Below are positions 1-8,432 of a stretch of DNA of 42,329 nucleotides, piece after piece. The first letter of the stretch is position 1. Each line of letters starts with the position of its first letter. The translations under genes and the position numbers were made by a program. The notes under the pieces were generated by a model. That model saw nothing but the letters and a program-made list of their open reading frames with translations, was not told the origin of the DNA and did not search any database. Source of the stretch: a virus; the UHGV virus genome UHGV-1357302; one strand, written 5' to 3'.

Positions 1-36
1 TTAGAATTCAAAATACTATAGAGAGAAGGAATATAA

Positions 37-567
37 ATGGCTAATGAAGCAAAGGTAGCGGCTAAAGGTATTGATATTATTTTACTTTTCCGTTTGCTAA
101 AAAAATCAAAAGAGGAAGCAGCATGGAAATTAGCTTTCCAGACAGAACATGAAAATACAAAAACAAAAGATAGTGACTCCGTGGCCACTAAAGATGGTCC
201 GATTCGTATCCCAGGATCATTGGAAATTGATTTTTCAGCAACATCTATTTTATCAGTCGGTGATCCGTATGTTGATCAACTAGAAGAAGCTTTAGACAAT
301 GACGATATTATTGAAATTTGGGAAATCAACAAAGCAGAAAAAGGCACAGGAGATAATGCTGACAAATACAAGGCAACCTATTACCAAGGATATGTAACAT
401 CATTTGGTAAATCGCCTAATGCTGAAGACACCGTAGAAGTTTCATTAGAATTTGGTATCAATGGTAAAGGTGCAAAAGGATTTGCAACATTAACTGCTGA
501 TCAAGAAGAAGTAGTTCAATATGTCTTCAAAGATACGACTATTGAAACAGCTGATCCGGGAAAGTAG
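37..567 (+). CDS. phage major tail protein (zero-frame product)
   Basis: 176-aa ORF with GAAGGA RBS 7 nt upstream of the ATG. It sits directly after the head-tail joining genes (by wrap-around) and before the Ig-like ORF, the G/GT chaperone pair and the tape measure, which is the canonical siphovirus position. Composition is typical of phi13/TP901-1-type major tail proteins (recall, not searched). Confidence 0.7.
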   Translation: MANEAKVAAKGIDIILLFRLLKKSKEEAAWKLAFQTEHENTKTKDSDSVATKDGPIRIPGSLEIDFSATSILSVGDPYVDQLEEALDNDDIIEIWEINKAEKGTGDNADKYKATYYQGYVTSFGKSPNAEDTVEVSLEFGINGKGAKGFATLTADQEEVVQYVFKDTTIETADPGK

Positions 568-629
568 ATAGCCCTTCTGTGGGAAGTGTAACTCCTACAG
601 TCGATGGGGCTTCTATTGAATTAAGCTAA
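558..629 (+). other. putative -1 programmed frameshift site (G GGA AAG, 558-564) plus 21-codon -1-frame extension (564-629) of the major tail protein
   Basis: The slippery X XXY YYZ heptamer spans the last two sense codons (GGA AAG) just before the TAG stop at 565-567. The -1 frame then reads VDSPSVGSVTPTVDGASIELS and stops at TAA 627-629. The extension is paralogous to the one after the major capsid gene at 40868-40933. Confidence 0.45.
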
Positions 630-644
630 GAAAGGAAAATAAAT

Positions 645-1103
645 ATGGTGAATACTTTTAAAATTTATAAAGGCCAAACCGAAGTTGTTTCCGGCACATC
701 ACCTTTAACTATAACAGGAATGGAACCTAACACCTCTGTGCCAGTTGGTGAGTACCAAGTAACTCGTGTTGTTAATGGGAAAGAATCAGAGCGAGTAGAT
801 ATTCCAGCTTTTAAAACATTGTCTATTGCTGTAACTGGCTTAGAGTTTTCTCCTAAAACATCAACAGCAGATGCGGGTACTGCAGGTAGCCGACAAATCA
901 CAGCAACTGTCTTGCCTGAAAATGCAACCAACAAAAAAGTAACCTATAAGATTACGCCTGAAACAGAAGGTCTTGCTGTCTCTGAAACAGGAAATATTAC
1001 TTGGACAGAAGCGGTACCGGCTGGTGTTTATACTACAACAGGAACAACAGAGGAAGGTAAAAAAACAGCTCAACACACCTTAACATTGAATAATCAAGCT
1101 TAA
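645..1103 (+). CDS. Ig-like (Big_2-type) domain protein, probable tail or capsid decoration
   Basis: 152 aa with its own RBS (AAAGGAAAATAAATATG). The segment ITATVLPENATNKKVTYKITPE...GNITWTEAVPAG fits the bacterial Ig-like group 2 consensus. It lies in the same frame as the major-tail -1 extension, separated from it by a single TAA. Confidence 0.6.
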   Translation: MVNTFKIYKGQTEVVSGTSPLTITGMEPNTSVPVGEYQVTRVVNGKESERVDIPAFKTLSIAVTGLEFSPKTSTADAGTAGSRQITATVLPENATNKKVTYKITPETEGLAVSETGNITWTEAVPAGVYTTTGTTEEGKKTAQHTLTLNNQA

Positions 1104-1158
1104 AATATAAATTTAGAGGGCAGCTTAGCGGCTGTCCTTTTCTTATGGAGGAAAAGGC

Positions 1159-1509
1159 ATGCAAATCGAAATTAAAGGAAAAAAATATAACTGTATTTTT
1201 GGAGTCAAGTTTATTCGTGAATTGGATAAGCAGCATGGGGTAGTTCGCAATGATGTAAATCTTGGGATGGGACTAACAACATTATTACCGCAGCTAGTAA
1301 GTGGAAATATCGTTGTTTTATCTGATGTACTCTACACAGCTACCATTACGGAAAAAAGTAGACCTTCTAAGGATGAAGTAGATGAGTTCGTTGAAACTGT
1401 GGATGATATTGAGGCATTATTTGATGAAACGTTGAAATACTTAGAAGAAAGCAATGCGGGAAAGTTAACGGTCAGAAATTTCAAGAAAGCTCTGATGGAG
1501 AACAAGTAA
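1159..1509 (+). CDS. tail assembly chaperone (gpG-like)
   Basis: 116-aa ORF between the major tail protein and the tape measure, with RBS GGAGGAAAAGGCATG. It contains the slippery heptamer G GGA AAG at 1458-1464. Confidence 0.6.
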   Translation: MQIEIKGKKYNCIFGVKFIRELDKQHGVVRNDVNLGMGLTTLLPQLVSGNIVVLSDVLYTATITEKSRPSKDEVDEFVETVDDIEALFDETLKYLEESNAGKLTVRNFKKALMENK

Positions 1510-1859
1510 GAGAGGAACTAACCTCAGCTGAAGCTTATGAAAATATTCTTATTAATTGTTTTCGTTACCTAGAAATTACTGATTTATCAGAAATTGAACG
1601 AATGACTTTGTATGAATATGAAGTTAGGCTATTGGCGTTTCAGTTAAAAAGACTTGACCATGAAAGAGACCTCTATCTTCAATCTTGGCTAAATAACCAA
1701 ATTAAGGCGACTAAAGGTAAAAAATCTGAACCTTATTATAAGGAATTCAATAAGTTTTTCAATTATGAAGAACGAGAGAAGCTTATTTTTGGTAAATCAT
1801 TAATTGATGAAAAAGTTGATATAGGAGCAATTGATTTATTAAGAAAAGCAAATAAGTAG
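1159..1859 (+). CDS. tail assembly chaperone G-T fusion via -1 frameshift at 1458-1464 (T segment open in -1 frame from 1428 to 1859)
   Basis: The frame of ORF 1602..1859 is -1 relative to ORF 1159..1509 and stays open upstream to 1428, so it overlaps the last 80 nt of G. Slipping on G GGA AAG joins ...SNAGK to VNGQKFQE...RKANK. This is the conserved G/GT arrangement upstream of tape-measure genes. Confidence 0.5.
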
Positions 1860-1871
1860 GAAAGGAGGAAA

Positions 1872-4800
1872 ATGATGGAACAATATTCAGTAGAAGCAAT
1901 ACTTATTGCCACTGATAAAACGTTTAGTAGCACGATGAGTAGCGCTGAGCGTTCAATGGTTGGTGTAAACAAACAATCTGGTGAACTAGGTGATGGACTG
2001 GATAAAAGTACCACTAAAGGTAATCAATTGGGTAAGTCAATTCTTAGTATTGGAGCAGGCGTGGGCGCTGTAAAATTAGTATCTACGGCCGTAAATATGG
2101 TTAAGGACTCTGTTGAAGGAGCGATTAACCGTTTTGATACGTTGAATAAATATCCTGTAGTTATGAAAGCTCTAGGTTACTCAACAGAAGATGTAGATAG
2201 ATCAATGACTAAGTTAAGTGATGGGATTGATGGGCTTCCTACATCGTTAGATGAAATCGTATCAAATACGCAACAGTTAGCAATTTCAACTGGTAGCTTG
2301 AGTAAAGGAACTGACACAGCTATTGCATTAAATGATGCCTTTCTTGCTTCTGGAGCTTCAACTGCTGATGCAACTCGTGGTATGCAACAATATATTCAAA
2401 TGCTCGGTAAGGGTGAAGTTGATATGCAGTCTTGGCGAACATTACAAGAAACAATGCCGATTGCGATGGATAAAGTTGCTAAGTCTTTCAAAGAACAAGG
2501 TGTAAACTCAGTTAACCAATTATATGATGCCTTAAAAGAAGGAGATATTACATTTAATGAGTTCAATAATCGTTTGATTGAATTGGATAAAGGTGTAGGC
2601 GGTTTTGCGGACCTAGCAAAGAAAAACTCAAAGGGTATCAAAACATCATGGGCAAATATTAAAACAGCCACCGTTAAAGGTGTAACTACAGTAATTAAAT
2701 CATTTGATGAACTATCCAAAGCAGTGACAGGAAAAAACATTGCCGAAAATTTAGATTCTTTAAAAAATGTAGTGAATATAACTTTTAAGGCAATCGATGC
2801 AGCGATTCAATCAACTATTCCATTGATGAAACTATTCGGAAAAGCTATTACGTCGGTAGGTACAGCCTTAACACCATTACTGCCAACAATTGCCAGTTTT
2901 GCTGCCACTTTTACAGCATTGAAAGTAATTCAGCAAGTGACAGGTTATATAAAACAATCTGAATTGGCAATCAAAGCTTATACAACCGCAATAAGTTTAT
3001 ACAATGGAATATCAAAACTGGCAACGTTGTCTACCACAGCACTCGGAAGAGCATGGATGTTAAACTTAGCAGCCGATAAAGCCAATTCTGCAGCAATAGC
3101 AATAAAAACTGGTCTTTTAGTGGCGCAAAATACAATCGTTGGTGTTTTGACAGGAACAATTAGTTTAGCTACAGTAGCTACAACTGTTTTTAGTACCGCT
3201 ATGAAATTGTTGATGGGCCCTATTGGTTGGGTAACAGCTGCAATAGGAGGACTAGTAGCTGTAGGGGTAAACTTGTGGAAATGGTTAAATAAGGAAACTG
3301 AATCAACTAAGGCAGTTAAAAAAGAACAAGAAAACCTTATGAAAACCACAGATGACTTGATTAAAAAGAATCAAGAACATGCACAATCCCGAAAAGATGA
3401 AGCTATTGAGTTAGAAAATACTAAAGAAAAATATAATTCAATGATTTCTGAAATGGCAACGCTCGCTGCCAAAGAGAAATTAAGTAACGGCGAGAAAAAA
3501 CGTATGACAGAAATTGTTGAAGAGTTGAACGGTAAAATGACAGGTTTAAACTTAGTTTACGATGAACAAAGTAATAAACTTTCTGAAATGCCAGGTAAAA
3601 TTCAACAACAAATGGACGCATATAGCGCATTAGATAAAGCTTCAAAAGCACAAGAAGATATCAATAAGATGTTGCAGCAAAGAAATGATAATGAAGCAAA
3701 ATTAATGGAAATCAATGCAGCTAGGGAAAAATGGAATCAGACATTAAAAGAATCTGGCGGGAATACAAAAGAAGCCCGTGAAAATATAGCTGAATTAGGT
3801 GAACAAGAAAAAGTTCTAATGGGCGTTCAAGAAGATTTGAGAAATGATATTATAAATACTGCAAAAACACATGAATCTGCAATGCAAACAGCTAGTCAAG
3901 CTGTAGCAAATGGAGTTTTAGAGCAGACGGTTTCTTACAATGCGTTAAGTGGTAAAACAAAAGAGACTATGGATGCTATGCGTGCTGAATACACTTCTCT
4001 TGAAACAAAAGTGGGTAGCGCCTTTGATGTTATTGAGCAAAAGCAGGCTATTTCAGTTGATCAGATGGCTGCTAACTTACAGAAGAACCAAGAAGCTGTT
4101 GCACAGTGGGGACAAAATATTTCAACTCTTGCAGAACGACATGTTGACCAGGGGTTATTGGAACAACTTAGAAAAATGGGTCCAGAGGGTGCAGCACAAG
4201 CAGCAGAGCTTGTTAATGCATCAGATGAACAATTACAACGCTTAAATGATGTTTATCGTAATACAGGCGAAACTTCCATGAACGCAATGAAAGAAGGTTA
4301 CCAGTTAGGTAAAAATGGTGTTAATGAGGAAATAGCAAGCTTAATCCCAACACAAAAAGATACATTAATGACACAGATTAAAAATACAAATTTTAACGAT
4401 ATTGGTAGAAGTGTTACTGAAGACTTTAAAGCAGGAATTGAGAATGGTAGAAATGCAGTAGCAGAAATGACCAAAGGAATTGTTCCACAAATGGGAACCG
4501 ATATGAAAGGTGAAGTTGAAAAAGCTAATTTCCCTGATATAGGTAAAGCTATCCCTCAAGGTCTAGAGAAAGGTATTGGAGCTAATAAACAATTACCTGT
4601 AAAAACATCTAATCAAATGATTGATGATGTTGTTTCTGGTGCCAGAAAAGGTTTAGATTCTCACTCTCCTTCTCGTGTATTTCACTCAATTGGTGAAGAT
4701 GTTGATTCTGGATTATCAAACGGTATCGAACAAAACGCAATGAATCCAGTAAGAGCTGTTGAGTCTATTGTTGATAAAATAATTTCTGCAATGGATAAAT

Positions 4801-5282
4801 TGCCATCAGAAATGAATTCTATCGGAGCAAATGCAATTGATGGATTGACTAATGGTATTAATGCCAATGCGAATAGTGCTTTAGCTGCAGCAAGAGGTGT
4901 GGCAGATCAAATTGTAAGTACAATGAAAAGTGCTATGGATATTCATTCTCCATCACGTGTAATGCGTGATGAAGTAGGTAAAATGATTCCAGCAGGAGTA
5001 GCGGTTGGTATTGATAAATATTCAAACTTTGTGGAAAAATCTATGCAACGACTAAGTAAAAAAGTAGCCATGCCAGCGCTGGATAATTTAAATTCAAATC
5101 TGTCATTTAGTGGAGGATCACAAAGCTTAGCATTTGCTGGAGATGTATCTTCAAAATTGACTGTAGAGGTACCTGTTATTTTCGATAGTTCAGAGGTTGC
5201 AAGGGTTATTGCTAAACCAATGAGTAAAGAATTGCAGAATCAACAAGATAAAAAGAATGTTTCTTTAGGAAGGAGGCGCTAA
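1872..5282 (+). CDS. tail tape measure protein
   Basis: 1136 aa with RBS GGAAAGGAGGAAAATG. It has long coiled-coil and Ala/Gly-rich segments, a central hydrophobic block (about residues 300-470), C-terminal duplicated HSPSRV motifs, and the standard position after the G/GT chaperones. Confidence 0.9.
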   Translation: MMEQYSVEAILIATDKTFSSTMSSAERSMVGVNKQSGELGDGLDKSTTKGNQLGKSILSIGAGVGAVKLVSTAVNMVKDSVEGAINRFDTLNKYPVVMKALGYSTEDVDRSMTKLSDGIDGLPTSLDEIVSNTQQLAISTGSLSKGTDTAIALNDAFLASGASTADATRGMQQYIQMLGKGEVDMQSWRTLQETMPIAMDKVAKSFKEQGVNSVNQLYDALKEGDITFNEFNNRLIELDKGVGGFADLAKKNSKGIKTSWANIKTATVKGVTTVIKSFDELSKAVTGKNIAENLDSLKNVVNITFKAIDAAIQSTIPLMKLFGKAITSVGTALTPLLPTIASFAATFTALKVIQQVTGYIKQSELAIKAYTTAISLYNGISKLATLSTTALGRAWMLNLAADKANSAAIAIKTGLLVAQNTIVGVLTGTISLATVATTVFSTAMKLLMGPIGWVTAAIGGLVAVGVNLWKWLNKETESTKAVKKEQENLMKTTDDLIKKNQEHAQSRKDEAIELENTKEKYNSMISEMATLAAKEKLSNGEKKRMTEIVEELNGKMTGLNLVYDEQSNKLSEMPGKIQQQMDAYSALDKASKAQEDINKMLQQRNDNEAKLMEINAAREKWNQTLKESGGNTKEARENIAELGEQEKVLMGVQEDLRNDIINTAKTHESAMQTASQAVANGVLEQTVSYNALSGKTKETMDAMRAEYTSLETKVGSAFDVIEQKQAISVDQMAANLQKNQEAVAQWGQNISTLAERHVDQGLLEQLRKMGPEGAAQAAELVNASDEQLQRLNDVYRNTGETSMNAMKEGYQLGKNGVNEEIASLIPTQKDTLMTQIKNTNFNDIGRSVTEDFKAGIENGRNAVAEMTKGIVPQMGTDMKGEVEKANFPDIGKAIPQGLEKGIGANKQLPVKTSNQMIDDVVSGARKGLDSHSPSRVFHSIGEDVDSGLSNGIEQNAMNPVRAVESIVDKIISAMDKLPSEMNSIGANAIDGLTNGINANANSALAAARGVADQIVSTMKSAMDIHSPSRVMRDEVGKMIPAGVAVGIDKYSNFVEKSMQRLSKKVAMPALDNLNSNLSFSGGSQSLAFAGDVSSKLTVEVPVIFDSSEVARVIAKPMSKELQNQQDKKNVSLGRRR

Positions 5283-6212
5283 ATGTTATACAACTTTATT
5301 GATGTAAATGAACAACAAACAAAAGCCTCTTTGCCTTCGGAAGCCATGAATTTTAATGGTTCCTTTTTAGAAGATTTAGTTCCAGGTTATAGAACATTAT
5401 CTGTTGTTGGAAGAGAGTTAGCTCCTACTGAGATACAAAGCTACCAATTGGGAATTCGTGATGGAATGCGACATGTTTATGCTCGTATTCCGGAAAGAGA
5501 ATTAGCAGTTAAATTCAAAGTTGAGGCTAACTCTAACGAAGCGTTTAGGGATTCTTTTAACAGACTAAACGTTGCTTTGTTTACAGAAAAAGATGTACAG
5601 ATTTGGTTTAATGATGAACCAGAAATGCTTTGGTCGGGTAGTAAATCAGACATTGATGCAGTTCCTGAAGGATTGAATCGTGTCGTTGGTACATTTACAA
5701 TCTTGTTGAATAATCCATATAAATATACTCGAAGCGATGCTACTAGTGTTATGTGGGGTTCTACAGAAATAACGTTTCAGGCTAACTATCTTATGGGTAA
5801 TACTGGATCAGGGGCTGTTGACTTACCTATTGTTATCGAAGGTGGGGCTTATTGGGGTTCTACCATGATTACTTTTCAAAACCGTTCCTATCTAATGGGA
5901 GATAATGGTCAAGAAGTGAAGCCGATTGAAATATATCCAACTGTCGAAGGGTTAAAAGTAAAACCGATTATTACTATAAAAGGTACTGGTAGAGGCGTGT
6001 GGATAAAAACTAGAAGCGATACTATTGATATTGGTGATTTTGATAAATCAGAAATAGTGATTGATACAGAACAGTTTAATATTACGAAAAATGGGAAGCC
6101 AATGATTCGTCCTATGAACGATTTTTATATTTATCCAAATGAGCCACTATACATCCAAGCGAAAGACAGTACTTTTAATCTAACTATTCGATATCCAAAT
6201 CGTTTCTTATAG
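5283..6212 (+). CDS. distal tail protein (Dit, siphovirus tail component)
   Basis: 309 aa. Its ATG overlaps the tape-measure stop (TAAATG). It lies immediately after the tape measure and before the tail endopeptidase-like gene. Confidence 0.7.
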   Translation: MLYNFIDVNEQQTKASLPSEAMNFNGSFLEDLVPGYRTLSVVGRELAPTEIQSYQLGIRDGMRHVYARIPERELAVKFKVEANSNEAFRDSFNRLNVALFTEKDVQIWFNDEPEMLWSGSKSDIDAVPEGLNRVVGTFTILLNNPYKYTRSDATSVMWGSTEITFQANYLMGNTGSGAVDLPIVIEGGAYWGSTMITFQNRSYLMGDNGQEVKPIEIYPTVEGLKVKPIITIKGTGRGVWIKTRSDTIDIGDFDKSEIVIDTEQFNITKNGKPMIRPMNDFYIYPNEPLYIQAKDSTFNLTIRYPNRFL

Positions 6213-6228
6213 GAGGTGTTGCTAAAAT

Positions 6229-8247
6229 ATGTTGATGGCAATGGATTTAAAAAGAGAATACACGGCAGTTTTAGATAACGCTTATAATGTTGGATATGAA
6301 AAAATTGAAAACCAAATAGGGAATCTAGAATTTTCAATGCCGTTGGATGATCCTAAAAATGAATTTTTGCAAGAAATGTTATGGGTCGAATTAACAGATA
6401 ATGAAAATGAATATATAGGATTATACCGTGTTATGCCTTCAACGGTTCGCAAAGATGCTAGTAACAATTCAATCACGTATACGGCAAATGAAGCCCTGTG
6501 TACTTTGCTAGACACAGTTCTTTTTGGTTATCATGAACTAGTGAATCGAAAAACGATTGATGTTATTAACTATCTTTTGAATAAACAAAGGACAAAACAC
6601 TGGGTTTTAAAAAAATGTGAATTCACTCGGTATTTTAGTTATGCATGGGAAAATGAAAATGGTCTTGCTGATGCCTTGTTTAGTATTCCTCAAGCATTTG
6701 ATGAAGACTATATGTGGCAATGGAATACCAAAGTTTATCCATTCGAATTATCTTTAGTGAAGCCACCAAAAGAACCTATCGCTCGTATTCAAGAAGGATA
6801 TAACATGCAAGGCTTTGAGATTGAAAGAGATCCTAACAATTTAGTTAATCGAGTTTATCCTTTAGGTGCTGGTGAAGGCGTCAATCAGATAAATATTAAA
6901 TCGGTAAATAAAAATATTCCTTATGTAGAAGATGCAAAGTCTATAAAAGAACATGGTTTAGTTGAATATGTTTGGGTAGACCAACGATTCACAGTTCCAC
7001 AAGCTTTAAAAGACAATGCAATCAACATGTTAAAAAAATGGGCACAGCCTAAAATTTCTTGGGATGTTACTGCGGCTGATTTATTGAAATTAACAGATGA
7101 ACCTTTAAGCATTGATAAGTTAAGACAAGGAACTGTAATTATGATTAACACAGATGATTTTGGAAGTATAAATTTGCGTATTAAAAAAGAGACAAAACAG
7201 GATGTATTCGGCGCACCACAAGATATTCAGCTAGAGCTTGGTAATTTATCTGACGATTTTACTACGACAATGTCTGATTTGAAACGTAAACAGGAAATAA
7301 ATGAGACGTATTCGCAAGGCGCAACGAATATTTTGAACTACAGTTATCAAGATAACTGCGAAAAGGCATACCCAGCAGAAATTGAATTCTTCTTAGATGA
7401 TGATGTATTTCATGTAAATACTGTGGAACTGACTTTTAAAACTAAGCGGTATCGTGGTTATACAAAAGCCGTAAAAGGCGGAGGAGCTACAGTAAAAAGT
7501 ACTTCAGCTGGAGGAGCTTCAACACAAACTAGTTCAGCTGGTGGCGGAAGTGTTGTTTCAAGTTCAGCTGGAGGAGGTTATTCTAGTGGATCCACCACAG
7601 GTGGTGGTGGAGGTAGTATTCAATCTAGTTCTGTAAATGGTCAAAGCTCACAAACAAGTTCAGCAGGTGGAGATCATAATCACCTAGTTGCATCTAATAA
7701 TGGTAGCACTGAATCAAGTGCATTTTATCGAGAAATGGATGCGGGGTCAGGTATGAGATTTAGACTAATGTCGACTGCATCAACAGATTGGTACACAAAG
7801 ACGAGCTCAGGTAACCATACTCATAATGTGACTACACCGGCACATTCCCACACAGTGAACACACCTAACCATAGTCACAATTTTAATATTTCTATACCAA
7901 ATCATACTCACAGCATATCGGTTCCTAGCCATAGCCACCAAGTAAGAATACCGGCACATACACACCAAATTACTTTACCTGATCATAGCCATCCATTAGA
8001 ATGGGGGATTTATGAGGCACCAAGTAGCGCAACTAGTGTTGATATAGTTGTAGATGGTACCACCATTCCAGTTCATGATACTAGCCAACAAAGACTAAAC
8101 ATTGTTAATTACCTTAGGAAAACTAGTGGCGGTAAAATCTCTAGAGGTAATCATACAATCAAGATAATACCTAACAAACTTGCACGAATTGAAGCGCAAG
8201 TTATTTGTCGTGTTTTTATACAATCACAATTAGGAGGACAATTTTAA
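6229..8247 (+). CDS. tail-associated lysin / prophage tail endopeptidase-like protein (Tal) with Gly/Ser-rich and HxH repeat region
   Basis: 672 aa. The N-terminal 350 aa resemble the prophage-tail (phage minor structural protein N-terminal) family by composition and position after Dit. The C-terminal half carries (S/T)SAGG decapeptide repeats and seven PxH(S/T)H nonapeptide repeats. Confidence 0.7.
   Translation: MLMAMDLKREYTAVLDNAYNVGYEKIENQIGNLEFSMPLDDPKNEFLQEMLWVELTDNENEYIGLYRVMPSTVRKDASNNSITYTANEALCTLLDTVLFGYHELVNRKTIDVINYLLNKQRTKHWVLKKCEFTRYFSYAWENENGLADALFSIPQAFDEDYMWQWNTKVYPFELSLVKPPKEPIARIQEGYNMQGFEIERDPNNLVNRVYPLGAGEGVNQINIKSVNKNIPYVEDAKSIKEHGLVEYVWVDQRFTVPQALKDNAINMLKKWAQPKISWDVTAADLLKLTDEPLSIDKLRQGTVIMINTDDFGSINLRIKKETKQDVFGAPQDIQLELGNLSDDFTTTMSDLKRKQEINETYSQGATNILNYSYQDNCEKAYPAEIEFFLDDDVFHVNTVELTFKTKRYRGYTKAVKGGGATVKSTSAGGASTQTSSAGGGSVVSSSAGGGYSSGSTTGGGGGSIQSSSVNGQSSQTSSAGGDHNHLVASNNGSTESSAFYREMDAGSGMRFRLMSTASTDWYTKTSSGNHTHNVTTPAHSHTVNTPNHSHNFNISIPNHTHSISVPSHSHQVRIPAHTHQITLPDHSHPLEWGIYEAPSSATSVDIVVDGTTIPVHDTSQQRLNIVNYLRKTSGGKISRGNHTIKIIPNKLARIEAQVICRVFIQSQLGGQF
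7501..7680. repeat. imperfect tandem DNA repeats (agttcagctggWggMgg..., 30-nt period) encoding (S/T)SAGG-containing decapeptides
   Basis: Copies start near 7501, 7531, 7561 and 7647. Translation reads TSAGGASTQT / SSAGGGSVVS / SSAGGGYSSG / SSAGGDHNH. Confidence 0.6.
7795..8000. repeat. tandem coding repeats specifying HxH motifs (NHTHNV, PAHSHTV, PNHSHNF, PNHTHSI, PSHSHQV, PAHTHQI, PDHSHPL)
   Basis: Read directly from the translation of 6229..8247. There are seven consecutive 9-10-residue units, each with a His-x-His pair. Confidence 0.6.
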
Positions 8248-8421
8248 ATGAGATTAACAGTAAAACTAATTAGCAAACAAGAAGAATTTATAATTAATGA
8301 TGAATCAGGTAAAACATTAGATGATTATTTTGCAGAACTAATTGATAATAGTTCGCCATTCATCAAGATAGGAAATCGTATTTTACAAAAAGCCACGATT
8401 GAATACATTAATGCAGAATAG
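8248..8421 (+). CDS. small hypothetical protein (57 aa)
   Basis: ATG overlaps the preceding stop (TAAATG) and an AGGAGG lies 9 nt upstream. Sequence is MRLTVKLISKQEEFIINDESGKT... It is not in the supplied ORF track because it is under 60 aa. Confidence 0.4.
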   Translation: MRLTVKLISKQEEFIINDESGKTLDDYFAELIDNSSPFIKIGNRILQKATIEYINAE

Positions 8422-8432
8422 GAGTGATAAAC

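Noticed and set aside
665-1076. Antisense ORFs 665-934 (-) and 861-1076 (-) inside the Ig-like gene
   Set aside because: They lie fully inside a well-supported + strand gene, have no RBS and a Cys/Phe-rich low-complexity translation, and are typical shadow ORFs of an AT-rich coding strand.
567-1103. A single continuous tail protein-tag-Ig-domain fusion produced by the frameshift
   Set aside because: An in-frame TAA at 627-629 separates the 21-codon tag from the Ig-like ORF. The Ig ORF also has its own RBS and ATG, so a direct fusion needs an additional readthrough event. I kept this only as a low-probability alternative within the finding.
2396-4867. Several - strand ORFs (2396-2740, 2978-3349, 3421-3651, 4365-4559, 4682-4867) and the + strand ORF 3949-4245 inside the tape measure gene
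   Set aside because: All are embedded in or out of frame with the 1136-aa tape measure ORF. They lack RBSs and have hydrophobic or low-complexity translations characteristic of antisense artefacts.
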